Source: Octopus sinensis
Lineage: Eukaryota
Reading direction: 5' to 3'
DNA: 64,000 nt
Assembly (NCBI RefSeq): GCF_006345805.1
Contig: NC_043003.1
Coordinates: 46,562,001 to 46,626,000, forward strand
Shown here: one piece after another, positions 52,037 to 64,000 of the stretch
Layout of the letters: each line of letters begins with the position of its first letter
Position numbering within the stretch: the stretch's first letter is position 1
Made by a program: the position numbers and the translations under genes
The notes under the pieces: generated by a model
What the model was told of the DNA's origin: nothing
What the model saw: only the letters and a program-made list of their open reading frames with translations
Database searches by the model: none

Positions 52037-53766
52037 TATTTATATTATTTTATATATATATGTATTAATTTATATTATTACATATAATATATATATATGC
52101 ATATATACATACACATATACACACATACATACATATATTCATACATACGTGCATTAAATGATGGGAATTTAAATGATTCTATCAACTCAGTTGCATACCA
52201 GTTGCACTCCGGGCTAACAGGGTACATAGGAGTGTTACCGGTGATGTTCACTATATATTAATCAGTCAATAGAACAAGCAATGCAATATTTACTAGTTAG
52301 ATTATGTTACGTACTCCGCATGTATGGACGAACAAAAACCACAGATATAATATAAAAATCGTGAATTGAATTCAAATATTTTTCAAGTTATGCTATATAT
52401 GTTTCCATAGCATTGCTATTTATCTGTTATTTATATTATACATTCCAAAAGTCCACCTTCAATATCCGGATTACAAATTCACATTCATACCAATAGTAAA
52501 TGGAGCTCTTAGTTTTGTAAGTAAATGCCTAACTGTCAGTCTGGATAAGACTGAGTTTTCCGAAAAGGAAATCATCAACTGATTCGCACATAACAAATAC
52601 AATCTGTAAGCAAAACAGTAAAACTATGAAAGATTTTACTCGGGTTTAAAATCTGACATTGTTTTTGTTATCTATATTCCAAAGATGGAGCTTTGTATTT
52701 GTTGTGTGGACGCCCCCTGACGATGAAGTAGACTAGCCCAATACGTAGATAAAGAGGGAGAAGCCTAGATGTCAGGAGAGCACAGTCGAGTAGCAGAGTA
52801 GCGGTGAGAGTTGAGTAGCAGACTAGAGTAGAGTAGAGTAGAGTGAGAGGAGAGTTGAGTAGAAAGTATCCGAACGTGCGACATAACAGTATTTTGTTAG
52901 AAACCAGGTATTCTTTAGGAGAGTTTAACTGATTAAATACGTAAGAGTATCATACATACATACATACATACATACATACATACATACATACATACATACA
53001 TACATACATACATACATACGTATATATTGTTTTCTCTTTATTTTAACTTCTTTTTATTCAAGGGTTTAGTCGTCCAGATGGATTGCAGTACTTGCTCTAG
53101 AACTTCGTGCATCGTCACTTTTAACCGAATCGCTAAGTTACAGGAACGAAAAGCCAACGCTGGTCGCCGAGCAAATGGAACTGACACATAAACATGAAAA
53201 TACACAAACACACACACACACACACACACACACCACACACACACACACACACACAAACACTCAAGCAGACACACACATCTCCAGACGTATAATTATGCAT
53301 ACACTTACATGTGTTTGCGTGTTTATGTATGTTTATACTGCATTGTTGTATGTATGTATGTATGTATGTATGTATGTACGTATGTATGTATGTGAGTAAT
53401 TGTATATCTTTGTGTAATTCCCGAGCAGTCATGTTGTTTAATAAAAGCTAGACTGAACCTGCCAGCAGTGACATTATGTTGTTATTTAATTACTGTCTAT
53501 ATTAATAATTAATTTAGCGTTTGTAGCGATCGATTGTTTATCTTAACGACATTTACTCGAAAATATAGGAAAATTGTATCATGTCCTCTTGTTAAAACTT
53601 TCGTCACCTTCTTCCACTCCTGTTTTTATACTCCACATCCATGCTTTTAATTTGGTACTCTTTTCTCTTTTTATTCACTTTTTTCATTTATATTTCTTTG
53701 TATGTTTGACTACGTATTTATGTATGGATGGACGCGTGTGAATATGTGCGTGTATGCGTGTATGTT

Positions 53767-53802
<36 letters not shown>

Positions 53803-53814
53803 CATGTATGTATG

Positions 53815-53930
53815 GAGGCGTGTGGCTTAGTGGTTAGAGTGATTGACTTATAATCGTAAGACTGTGGTTTCGATTCTGGACCGGACGACGCTTTGAGTTT
53901 TTGATCAAATCATTTCATTTCACGTTACTT
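53815..53930 (+). mobile_element. SINE family C head
   Basis: ggaggcgtgtggcttagtggttagagtg...ggtttcgattctggaccggacgacg. Confidence 0.65.
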
Positions 53931-54197
53931 TTTTTCGCTTGCGATACACTTATATTATTTTCAAAATTCGGCGACACACGTGAACAAAAATATAACGAAA
54001 AGTATGGAGAAAAATTATATTCAGGTTACACTGCGGCACGCCAAGCATCGTCTCGTGACACACCAGGTGTGCCGCAGCATACCCGTTGCAGAGCACTACA
54101 GTCTAGTCCACTCGACAGGCAAAGATGAGTAATCCTGAGACAGACCGGCATCCCGTCAAGGGGAGAAATATGTGCACCACGGAAAGCGGTAAAGCCA

Positions 54198-54363
54198 ATT
54201 GATTATATCGACCCCAGTACGCAACTGGTACTTAATTTATCGACCCCGAAAGGATTAAAGGCAAAGTCAACCTCTGCGGAATTTGAACTCGGAACGTAAC
54301 AGCAGACGAAATACGGCTATGCATTTCACCTGGCGTGCTAACGTTTCTGCCAACTCGCCGCCT
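54198..54363 (-). mobile_element. SINE family B
   Basis: Close match to the other B copies. Confidence 0.9.
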
Positions 54364-54700
54364 TCACGAAGAGATAATATCATCATCAATGAGGCAGCTA
54401 AGCCACAGAATTTTCCAAGCTACATAACCGAATTTTGAAATTTTTGCTAATGCACCAACATAAGAATGCATCATCATAAATTAAAATCAACATATTGCTA
54501 TCAAAATTAGAATCAACTTCAAGCTGTATTTTTTGTAAGAAAAATGAGAAAGAGCAAGGCAGGTGTTTAACCAAGAGAAGAGTAAGACCTAGTTTTCTGA
54601 ATAGTGTTATTCTCAAGAAGTCGCATAGAAGTACATGGTACCCAGCCATGATACATCAACAGAGCAGCAATTGTTTGCGTGGCAGAAATAATAATATTAA

Positions 54701-54923
54701 GGCGGCAAGCTGGCAGAGACGTTAGCACACCGGGCGAAATGCATAGCGGTATTTCATACGTTCTGAGTTCAAATTCCGCCGAGGTCGACTTTGCCTGTGA
54801 TCCTTTCGGGATCGATAAAATAAGTACCAGTTACGCACTGGGGTCGATGTAATCGACTTAATCCATTTGTCTGACCTTGTTTGTTCTCTCTATGTTTAGC
54901 CTCCTGTTGGCAATAAAGAAATA
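54701..54923 (+). mobile_element. SINE family B (long tail)
   Basis: ggcggcaagctggcagagacgttagc...ccttgtttgttctctctatgtttagcctcctgttggcaataaagaaa. Confidence 0.9.
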
Positions 54924-55348
54924 AGAAATGATAATAGTAGGTAATATGCAACAGACATATGAAAGGAAGTACTCAAGATCTGAGGGGCTCATCGAATCGA
55001 CTGAAGCACAACGATTGGCAGTGTATTATAGTACTTCGTGTAAGGATGAGTGTCGTAAATTTGTACAGATCTCCATTGTTCCATCATGGGTATGACAAAA
55101 GTATTTGAAACACCAATATTAAACGCAAAAAGTAAATCCTATCGCTGAGTGAATGGATTATGAGGAGCTAAAATGAAAGCTGGGATATTGGCCAAAAGAA
55201 CAATCTCTCGTAATATTAATGCTATGCCGCAGCGCTGCAAAGAGTGTTACTGTGGGAAAGTGTCAAAATCTTTGTGATGTCTGGTTGATAATTAATGAAA
55301 AGAATGTTCCTAAACCGAAGTTATATGTAATTTAGTACATATATATTC

Positions 55349-55742
55349 TTTTCTACACTAGGCACAAGGCCTGAAATTTTGGGGGAGGGGTCGGTCGATT
55401 ACATCGACTTCAGTACGCAACTGGTACTTAATTTATCGACCCTGAAAAGATGAAAAGCAAAGTAGACCTCGGCAGAGTTCGAACTCAGAACGTAAAGACA
55501 GACGAAATACCTATTTCTTTACTACTCAGAAGGGGCTAAACACAGAAGGGATAAACAAGGACAGACAAACGGATTAAGTCGATTATATCGACCCCAGTGC
55601 GTAACTAGTACTTAATTTATCGACCCCGAAAGGATGAAAGGCAAAGTCGACCTTGGCGGAATTTGAACTCAGAACGTAACAGCAGACGAAATACCGCTAA
55701 GCATTTCACCCAGCGTGTTAACGTTTCTGCCAGCTCGCCGCT
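55349..55742 (-). mobile_element. Dimeric SINE family B
   Basis: Same architecture and junction as 36484-36875. Confidence 0.85.
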
Positions 55743-56850
55743 TTTTAGTACATATATATATATTATCGACCACACAACTCAATGTATGTGCTTTACTTGT
55801 TCGCCGGTTCACTATGGTACAACCTTCTGGGAAGGACTCATTCACAGCACTAGGTGTTAAAACACCTCAAAGTCATAGACAGGCAAGATAATTCATAATG
55901 AATTTAATTTTACGTTTTCATCGTCGTGGCGTATCAGCAGATGGTTCTTTGTGTAGCCATTGACTGGCGATTCAGTCGTCCCCGATGGTACTGGAAGCGA
56001 CTTGTCTGGCCTGACTCTGACTTTCTGGTTTTTTAACATCCAGTGCTATGAGGGACTTGTCCCTCAGATTGGTGTAATCAGCGAACCTGCGAACAAGCAA
56101 AATACTATGTGCGATCGATAAGCTTCCAAACTAGCGTTGGGTGTAATTGTAATTGTAATATATATATATATATAATTAATATTTAGAAGAAGCAACAAGG
56201 GTGACTCAAGGCCGGAGTTCCTGTGTGTTAGCACATTATCAAACTATGAAACTATATGTATGTATGTACGCTCCGCGTGGACACCCTTTCAAGCCGAAAA
56301 TAGTAAAAGAGCATATAAAATATTATATATAAGATATATATATATATTATAATATACTATATATATACATACATACACACACACACACACACATACATAT
56401 ATATAATATGTACATATATGCATATACTGTACATGTATATACACACATACAAACACATCCAAACACACACAAACGCATACACACACATACATACATACAT
56501 ACATACATACATACATACATACATACATACATACATACATACATACATACATACATACATAGATAAATACACACATACTTACATAATGTAAACAGAACAC
56601 GAGTAAATAGTTGTTCTTTTAACTAGTTAAATTATTCAGTCGTTTTGGCCGCTCGGATGCTTCTAACTATTGATAAAGCAGTGTTAGTGTGGTTGATGTG
56701 AGGCTTCTTAAACACAATAGCAGTGATATATTGCTTTATAATGAGACTTCATAGCGGCTTGGAAAAACAATTTGTCTTCAACGAAAGTGAAAGTAGAGGA
56801 GAATTGTCGTCATTGCCTATTGTCGTTGTAATTCTTGTTCTACTAATCGT

Positions 56851-56892
<42 letters not shown>

Positions 56893-57027
56893 GTCGTGTG
56901 GTTATAGTAGTGGTACTTCTGAGGATGCTTGTTGTTGTTTTGTAGTAAAAGAAGTAGTAGAGTAGTTGTTGTTGTTATTGTTGTATGTGAGGTGTTCGTG
57001 GCCGAAGGTGGGAATGAAGGTACGAGT

Positions 57028-57127
57028 NNNNNNNNNNNNNNNNNNNNNNNNNNNNNNNNNNNNNNNNNNNNNNNNNNNNNNNNNNNNNNNNNNNNNNNNN
57101 NNNNNNNNNNNNNNNNNNNNNNNNNNN
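57028..57127. other. Assembly gap (100 N)
   Basis: Run of N. Confidence 1.
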
Positions 57128-57393
57128 GTAATGGCTATGACGTTTAAAGTCTTTGTGTCCTGCACGATGACAAAATACGGCTTTGGTCGCATATAATACA
57201 CGAACACAAACAAAGAATGATCTGAATAGGGTAAAAATCAGGATTCCGACAAAACTGGTGATAGTCTACATCAGCAACTATTAGACTATAAGAGAGTTCA
57301 ATAAGTACAATAATTGTACTTGGAGGTAGGGAAAATTTATCATTTCTGGCTCTTGTTTTTGTCTAAGAATGAAGAAAATAGAGAGAGAGAGAG

Positions 57394-57435
<42 letters not shown>

Positions 57436-58724
57436 CAGACAGACAGATACACACATACATGCAGACAGACGGAAGCTGGATAATCCTTCCTCTATATTCT
57501 CTACTCTCAGACGAAGTGCAAAAACCGAGAAACGGCAACTGATCTTGAAGAAGTCTTCCACGAATTCTCTGCTAATCAGAATTGCTGAATCGGTTCAAAT
57601 TTTGGAAGTATATTACGTGTAACAACTACCTTTTCTTGATCATGATGAGTCAAGGGAATGAGGAAGTCAGTAGGCAGTTTCTCCATATCACAAAGATACA
57701 CGTTACATAATTTTAATTCTATTTCACAAGTGGGGAATCGAACTCCAAGCAACTGCCATGGAAGTAAGAAATTTTAGTCACTTGGAAATAAAATAGAGAT
57801 GCCCTAATACGAGTTAAACCAGGTGCGTGTCGTATATTGGATGACAACAGCACCGATTACACTAAAGGGATTATGAACGATAATAAGAAATTCTACGGAG
57901 AGCTGACAGTAGATGGTCTTCAGAGAAGAATCCTGCTCCACCTCATATAAATTTTTCGATCCTTAACTTCTTACATTCAAAGAGGCCTGGCCTCACCCAC
58001 GTCATGACTCTTGAATGCCTCTCAGTTGCCACATTCTGTGTTATTCTCTGCTTTGCAACCCACTTGGATGGCTAAGATGACCCAGGTCCTTGGGTATTGT
58101 AATCAGTTCAGTCCAAGACTCCATATGATTGATTGTAGGGTGAACAGTGTCTTTTGACTTCTATTTCTCCTTGACCTGATCCAGTTGGAGTCTTTTCACT
58201 ACTTCGGTCATTACCTTAAGAGCTCTGATGGACTGTTGTAATAAGTGTGTGAATCTGAGAGGGGAATATGTTCAATAAAATCATAATTAACTGATCTTCC
58301 TGTATTTTCTTTTACACAAATACAGGAATTTTTCAGTACACCCTTGAATATATATTCTTTTACTTGTTTCAGTAATTTTGACTGTGGCCATATAAGAAAC
58401 TAAAGAAGTATAATGCACACACTTTACATAGTTTTAATATAATTTTTAATATATCTTGCATTGTGTTTGTCGACCGGTTTCGCTTTTGCTAATCATGACA
58501 TTAAAATACGTATTTTCTTAAGAAAAATTTTTGTCCATGTTGTGTGTGGAGTTTATAAATGAACGATTCAACAGTAGAAAAATCTAAGGGTAATTGGTTA
58601 TCGTTATTATTATGGTAATTGGTTATCGTTATTATTATGGACAGGGGAGATAATTGCTCACCTTTCAGTGGGGGGAATATATGTGTGTGTGGTGTATGTG
58701 GTGTGTATGTGTGGTGTGTGTGTT

Positions 58725-58775
<51 letters not shown>

Positions 58776-58894
58776 CGTGCGCGAGTGAAAGAGAGACATG
58801 GGGAGAATAAATTAAACTTTCAACCTATTTGAAAGCAAGTCTAGACGTCAATGCGTTGAATGAATTCGCCTGCCGTGAGGAAAGAGGACTCAAA

Positions 58895-59235
58895 ACCCGC
58901 CGGGTTCGACTTTGCCTTTCATCCTTTCGGGGTCGATAAATTAAGTACCAGCTACGCACTGGGGTCGATATAATCGACTTAATCCGTTTGTCTGTCCAGG
59001 TTTGTCTCCTCTATGTTCAGCCCCTTGTGGGCAATAAAGAAATACGAAATGTTATCACGTCGGGCGAAATGCTTAGCGGTATTTCGTCTGTCTTTATGTT
59101 CTGAGCTCAATTCCGCCGAGATCGACTTTGCCTTTCATCCTTTCGGAGTCGATAAATTAAATACTAGTTGCGTATTGGGTTCGATCAAATCGACTGCCAC
59201 CCCATCTAAAAATTTCGGGCTTTGTGCATAGAGTA
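58895..59235 (+). mobile_element. Tandem SINE family B pieces (long tail followed by short tail)
   Basis: gactttgcctttcatcctttcgg occurs twice; the long tail ends gggcaataaagaaata. Confidence 0.8.
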
Positions 59236-59810
59236 GAAATGAATATGTAGTAACTGTAATATCTAATCATATTCAAAACTACTGAATTGACTTGGTATGT
59301 AGAACAAGGCATATCTTGTTCTATCATCGTTTCTTTATCCTTTTCAACAGATAATTATATTCAAAAAATTTCTTGATTTGTTCCCAGAAAGATTAAGCAG
59401 GATATATTATTTCAACCTCAACTATTCCAAGCACACACCTTGCATTATTATATATTTAAGTGTGCTATGTAAAAGTACTTAATATCGACACCTTTTTATT
59501 TGGTCAACACAGTTAGGTTCGGCAATTAATTTTATTTTATTTTACCTTATATTTTTTTTTTCCTTTTCGTCACATTGAGCAAATAATAGTTTAAAGAACT
59601 AACGAGGGCGTCTCTACGCGGAAATTGCGGCTAAATGTCACCCAAGTAATTCGTTGCGGTCTTACATATTAGATATATTGAATAATGTTATTCGAGGTAT
59701 ATTGTTTGAATGGAAGTTAGGGTAGTTGCAATCGAACTGTCTGAAATCCGGAATTCGTGGACGTTGGTAAATAACAAGTCTGTCTGTCTCTCTCTCTCTC
59801 TCTCTTCTCT

Positions 59811-59842
<32 letters not shown>

Positions 59843-60571
59843 AGACACACACACATACACATGTGTTTGTGTTTCTTCGTCACCGCTTGTTTGTCTTCTC
59901 TGTAACTCAGCGATAGGGATTATGTGACCACTAAAATGAGTGTTAGTTTGACACACACCCCGCCCCCCAACTAGAAAAAAAAAGGTATGAAGGTTATTTG
60001 TAACCCATTTGGAGGCTGTGTCCCTTCAAGACCGCAGTCCAATGAATTAAACAAATTAAAAGATGAAAAAAAAAAGATGAACGTATCGAATTGTAGTTGT
60101 TTAAATTTAGCTCCAGGACAACTGCGAATACACTAATCAATGGTAAAATAGAGTTTCATGTCATTACCATCCACCCCTATTCAGGTGGTATTATATTTTC
60201 TAATGTATTCCTAGGTTATGAAAATGCTAAGTTGTAACTGTGGGAAGGCTTGTAGTAGGAACCACGCTTGCTTACGTAAATGGAACCTCACCAACATCGG
60301 TTGTCAAGTGATAGTGGGGTCAAAGAGACTGACACAAATACATGCACACACATATATATATATATATTTATATATGTATACTCACACACAAATATATATA
60401 TATATAAAACTGAGAATGTGTATCTGTCTGTGTGAATCCCTAATACTCGAGAACTACACAACCAAGTTCATTCAACTTTTACACATGACTTACTTAGGGC
60501 GGCATTGAGGTGACTGTACACGACTACAGGCCTACAGTCGACGCTATGGCATTGGTGTCACTATTATAGAA

Positions 60572-60686
60572 GGCTCGGCTCGGCTCGGTTCGGCTCGGCT
60601 CGGCTCGGCTCGGCTCGGCTCGGCTCGGCTCGGCTCGGCTCGGCTCGGCTCGGCTCGGCTTGGCTTGGCTTGGCTTGGCTTGGCTT
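60572..60686. repeat. GC-rich pentamer array, (GGCTC)n switching to (GGCTT)n
   Basis: Direct inspection; switch at 60661. Confidence 0.95.
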
Positions 60687-60740
60687 TGTATACCACATCA
60701 ATAGATACTTTCGGCATGAGAGAAAGGCAAAACCCAGATT

Positions 60741-61324
60741 TTGTTCAGTGCTGGGCTCTCAGAGCTGGAAACAGTTATCGAAGCAAAGCGTGCAGCTCTG
60801 ATGCAATACAAGAGTGATTCTTCTACAAAGTCACTCGAAGAACTCAGAAAGGCAAGAAATAAAACCCAACTGACTGCCAGACGCTGTGCATATAGGTATT
60901 GGCAGGAAATCTGTCAGAGTATCCAGTCAGCTGCTGACAGTGGCGACACCCGTGGGATGTGTGCCGGTTTGAAGAAGGCCCTCGGTCCATCCGCAACCAA
61001 GTCAGCCCCTCTGAAATCAACTACTGGAGATATCATCAAGGACCAAAGCAAGCAAATGGATAGATGGGTAGAGTACTACCAGGATCTCTACTAACGGGAG
61101 ACCACGGTAGCTGAGGCTGCAATCGAGGGTCTCAAGATCTTGCCAGTCATGTACCAACTTGACAGTCTGCCATCTATAGCAGAGCTCACCAAGGCTATTG
61201 ACTCCCTAGCAAGTAACAAGGCTCCGGAAAAAGATGGCATCCCCTTAGAGATCATCAAAACCGGCAAAAACACCATCCTGCTTCGGCACCTTCATGAGCT
61301 TCTGTGTCAGTGCTGGGAAGAGGG
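60741..61324 (+). pseudogene. RTE-clade LINE internal fragment (between APE and RT)
   Basis: VIEAKRAAL...YWQEICQSIQSAADSGDTRGM...RWVEYYQDLY*...KAIDSLASNKAPEKDGIPLEI...LHELLCQCWEEG. Confidence 0.85.
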
Positions 61325-61579
61325 TATATATCTATTTACAGTGAAATTTATTCACTGGTCACCGTAATTAGAAAATTGAATTTCTAAATGTCTCAACGAG
61401 ACATGAGCGGTGGTGGAGCGATAGAATGGTTGTATAAAGTCAAAATAACATGACAGTCCCGTAGAGGGAATTACACTAAAACTATATAGCCCTAGGAAGC
61501 ATCGACGCTTTGACACATTTCCTGTGTCCTTATATTTGCAAAGGGGAGGCAAGCACCCCCACCAGCTAGAACTAGCAAC

Positions 61580-61623
61580 CTGGTGACATGCATGTTTCTA
61601 GGTCTTGCCCGTCGTCAGTCCAG
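61580..61623 (-). ncRNA. Degenerate minimal hammerhead ribozyme
   Basis: CUGGA-CUGACGA-CGGG-caaga-CCUA-GAAAC-AUGCAU-GUC^ACCAG; palindromic stem III ACAUGCAUGU. Confidence 0.68.
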
Positions 61624-61796
61624 AGACATGAGCGGTGGTGGAGCGATAGAGTGGTTGTACAAAGTCAACATAACGTGACAGTCCCATAGAGATTTAGAAA
61701 TTCAATATTTCTAATTACTGTGACCAGTGGATAAATTTCACTGTAAATAAATATATTTGCAAGGGCTTGGTAAGTATCGCCGCTAGCGGGGATACG

Positions 61797-61835
61797 CTGA
61801 TGACGGACAAGACCCAGAAACATGATTGTCTCCAG
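61797..61835 (+). ncRNA. Degenerate minimal hammerhead ribozyme (5' strand of stem I lost)
   Basis: CUGAUGA-CGGA-caaga-CCCA-GAAAC-AUGAUU-GUC^UCCAG. Confidence 0.6.
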
Positions 61836-62051
61836 GTTGCTAGTTCTAGCTGGTGGGGCTGCTTGCCTCCCCTTTGCAAATATAAGGACACAGGAAATAT
61901 GTCAAAGCCGACAGAAAGCGTCGATGCTTCCTAGGGCTATATAGCGGTGGTGTAATTCCCTCTCCGGCACTGTCACGTTATGTTGACTTATACAACCACC
62001 ATATCGCTCCACCACCGCTCATGTCTCGTTGAGACATTTAGAAATTCAATA

Positions 62052-62118
<67 letters not shown>

Positions 62119-63179
62119 ATATATATATAACACCCTAATGGGAGCCTTAACTCCAAATTTTAGTCATTTCTTTTTCTGATCCAAAACTAGGTCAAAAGTA
62201 CTGAATGGATCTTTATGAAATTTGGAAATTATATTATATGCATAGGGGCCATAACCCCCATGACAATTCATATATATATATATATTTTTTTTTTTTTGCT
62301 GTTGATGAAATTTTAACCATAGATGTTAGACACAAATGAAGTAATATTTATAAAATTTCATCTTACAAAGTTAGAGTTACCCGAGCATAAAAGTTGGGCA
62401 TTATTTCTAATTCAATGGTACAACAGTGTAACACTTCGCTTTGACATACACTTACATTGTGATTTCTGGAATGTGGTGCATAAATTGTCAAGTAAATGAG
62501 AGGCATCTTTGCCTCCACTGATTCAGTTGCTAAGTGCTGAGTAAAGTTATTTGATTGCAGACCTCATTTCAGTCTTTTTATTATCACTCGGTCAAACATA
62601 GTCCCCATAAGGTAACATTGATTTCAAGGCCTTCCTAGATGAGTGACTGGTTATTTATAGATTTTAAATTTATTCTGTCCAGTTACGTATCAGTATAGTG
62701 GTCATTTGCAAACTCCAGAGGTGACACTTTAATTTCTCCTGAACCCTCACGGCATACAGTTGTTAATGTCGATTTCAGTTGGGTCACGCCCTTCCAATTG
62801 CTATAGATTCGCAATGCATCTTACGGCTGTGCCTGTCACCTGGATGGTGAGGAATCCTACATTGGGAGTGGTAACGACTAGGGTAGGGTAACTGACTGCT
62901 TATTGTTATCATTCGTCTTTTGGTTTCCTGTAGCTTTGCTCTCTTTTACAAACCAAGTGAACATATATTTCCTATTTCAAAGAAATTCAAACAATAGATA
63001 TAAAACCCAAGTTAAAAAGATTTTCAACAATTCAACTTCTCTGGTTGACATTAAGATGCCCTCCCCCAACAGGGGCCTTAAATCTCACATTTTAGAGCCC
63101 AATGACCTTCATTTTTCAGGAGCAAAATCTTTTTAACAAGCTCAATAAGACTGGAATTTTGGAATATGCGCATAAAAAT

Positions 63180-63365
63180 CAGTAGTATGGGATACATGGT
63201 GGCACGATTACAATTTTTTTAGGGTGTGTAAAGAGGGAAATAACCCTCATCTGCAATTTTGATGAAATTCGAGCATAGATACTCCAGTTCATTACAGAAA
63301 ATATAACAGAAAAGTCTAATTCTTCAATTGAATGTAACCGAGCAACGCCGGGTATCTCTGCTAGT
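63180..63365 (+). mobile_element. Possible Helitron/Helentron-like non-autonomous 3' end
   Basis: Degenerate hairpin accgagcaacgccgggt followed about 8 nt later by CTAG|T (63361-65). A similar decayed end lies at about 62375-62410. Confidence 0.4.
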
Positions 63366-63578
63366 AGTATATATATCCTGATATTATCAACACCGTGTAA
63401 ACAGTATGTTTGGTGTTGTTTGTTTAGCTGAAACTTATCTACGAGCTTATTCCTGCAGAGATCTTTTCGTCTTTTCAACAGTACTACACTGTCTGAGACG
63501 TCCTATGACACTACGGGTGACTTGTAATTTTAGCCTAAACGTCTTGAAAATCAGAATAAACTACGGCTTCATGAACCT

Positions 63579-63579
<1 letters not shown>

Positions 63580-63624
<45 letters not shown>

Positions 63625-63660
63625 CAGCAGCAGCAGCAGCAGCAGTAGCAGCAGCAGTAA

Positions 63661-63696
<36 letters not shown>

Positions 63697-63718
63697 CAGC
63701 AGCAGCAGCAGTAGCAGT

Positions 63719-63782
<64 letters not shown>

Positions 63783-63783
63783 A
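63580..63783. repeat. (AGT)n/(AGC)n trinucleotide array
   Basis: Direct inspection; source of the poly-L, poly-Y and poly-C ORFs. Confidence 0.95.
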
Positions 63784-64000
63784 TTCCACATTATCCAAAC
63801 GCATGAAACTCTTTGATGAACCATTATCTATGAAAACATTGTTCAAAATAGGTACTTGATTTATGTTCTCCATGATTTCAGAAAATAATATTTGTTTCAA
63901 ATTTTGGCACAATTTCAGGAATTTCTGGGAGGTGGTAAGTCGATTACATCGAGCCCAGCACTCAACTGGTACTTATTTTATCAGCAGAATTTGAACCCAG

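Larger units (their letters stand above)
61324..62058. mobile_element. Complex fold-back element with ~250-bp imperfect arms and two hammerhead copies
   Basis: 61368-61618 is inverted at 61797-62058; 61324-61390 is inverted at 61692-61756; a direct repeat has a 225-nt period (61398 / 61623). Confidence 0.8.

Noticed and set aside
52717-52770. CTGACGA as a hammerhead core downstream of the Penelope relic
   Set aside because: No stem II and no GAAA at a compatible distance.
56902-57213. ORFs spanning the N run
   Set aside because: They are artefacts of the assembly gap.
58020-58250. Possible second RLE-type LINE 3' end on the minus strand
   Set aside because: Too degenerate to translate into convincing motifs by eye.
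63535-63912. Poly-Leu ORF resembling a signal or transmembrane segment
   Set aside because: It is a product of the (AGT/AGC)n array.

Overview
AT-rich eukaryotic, repeat-dominated DNA (intergenic or deep intronic) with one 100-N scaffold gap at 57028-57127. I could not recognise any host protein-coding exon, rRNA, true tRNA gene or CRISPR array; most listed ORFs are translations of microsatellites. The repeat complement resembles an octopus (coleoid cephalopod) genome, which is my inference and not a database result. It includes very abundant (TA)n, (GATA)n, (TATG)n and trinucleotide arrays; four tRNA-headed SINE families; 5'-truncated LINE relics (Tx1/L1, CR1, RTE, R4/Dong-type RLE); a Penelope GIY-YIG relic; and Tc1 (DD34E), maT-like (DD37D), mariner and pogo-like DNA transposon relics. 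The most striking signal is a set of ORF-less, fold-back (inverted-repeat-capped) mini-elements. Four of them carry minimal type-I hammerhead ribozyme motifs with palindromic stem III (45.3-45.8, 45.9-46.2, 47.1-47.5 and 61.3-62.1 kb), and four such fold-backs cluster within 2.6 kb. A second notable signal is that one SINE subfamily shares its ~50-nt 3' tail with a Tx1-clade LINE that sits inside a (GATA)n array.
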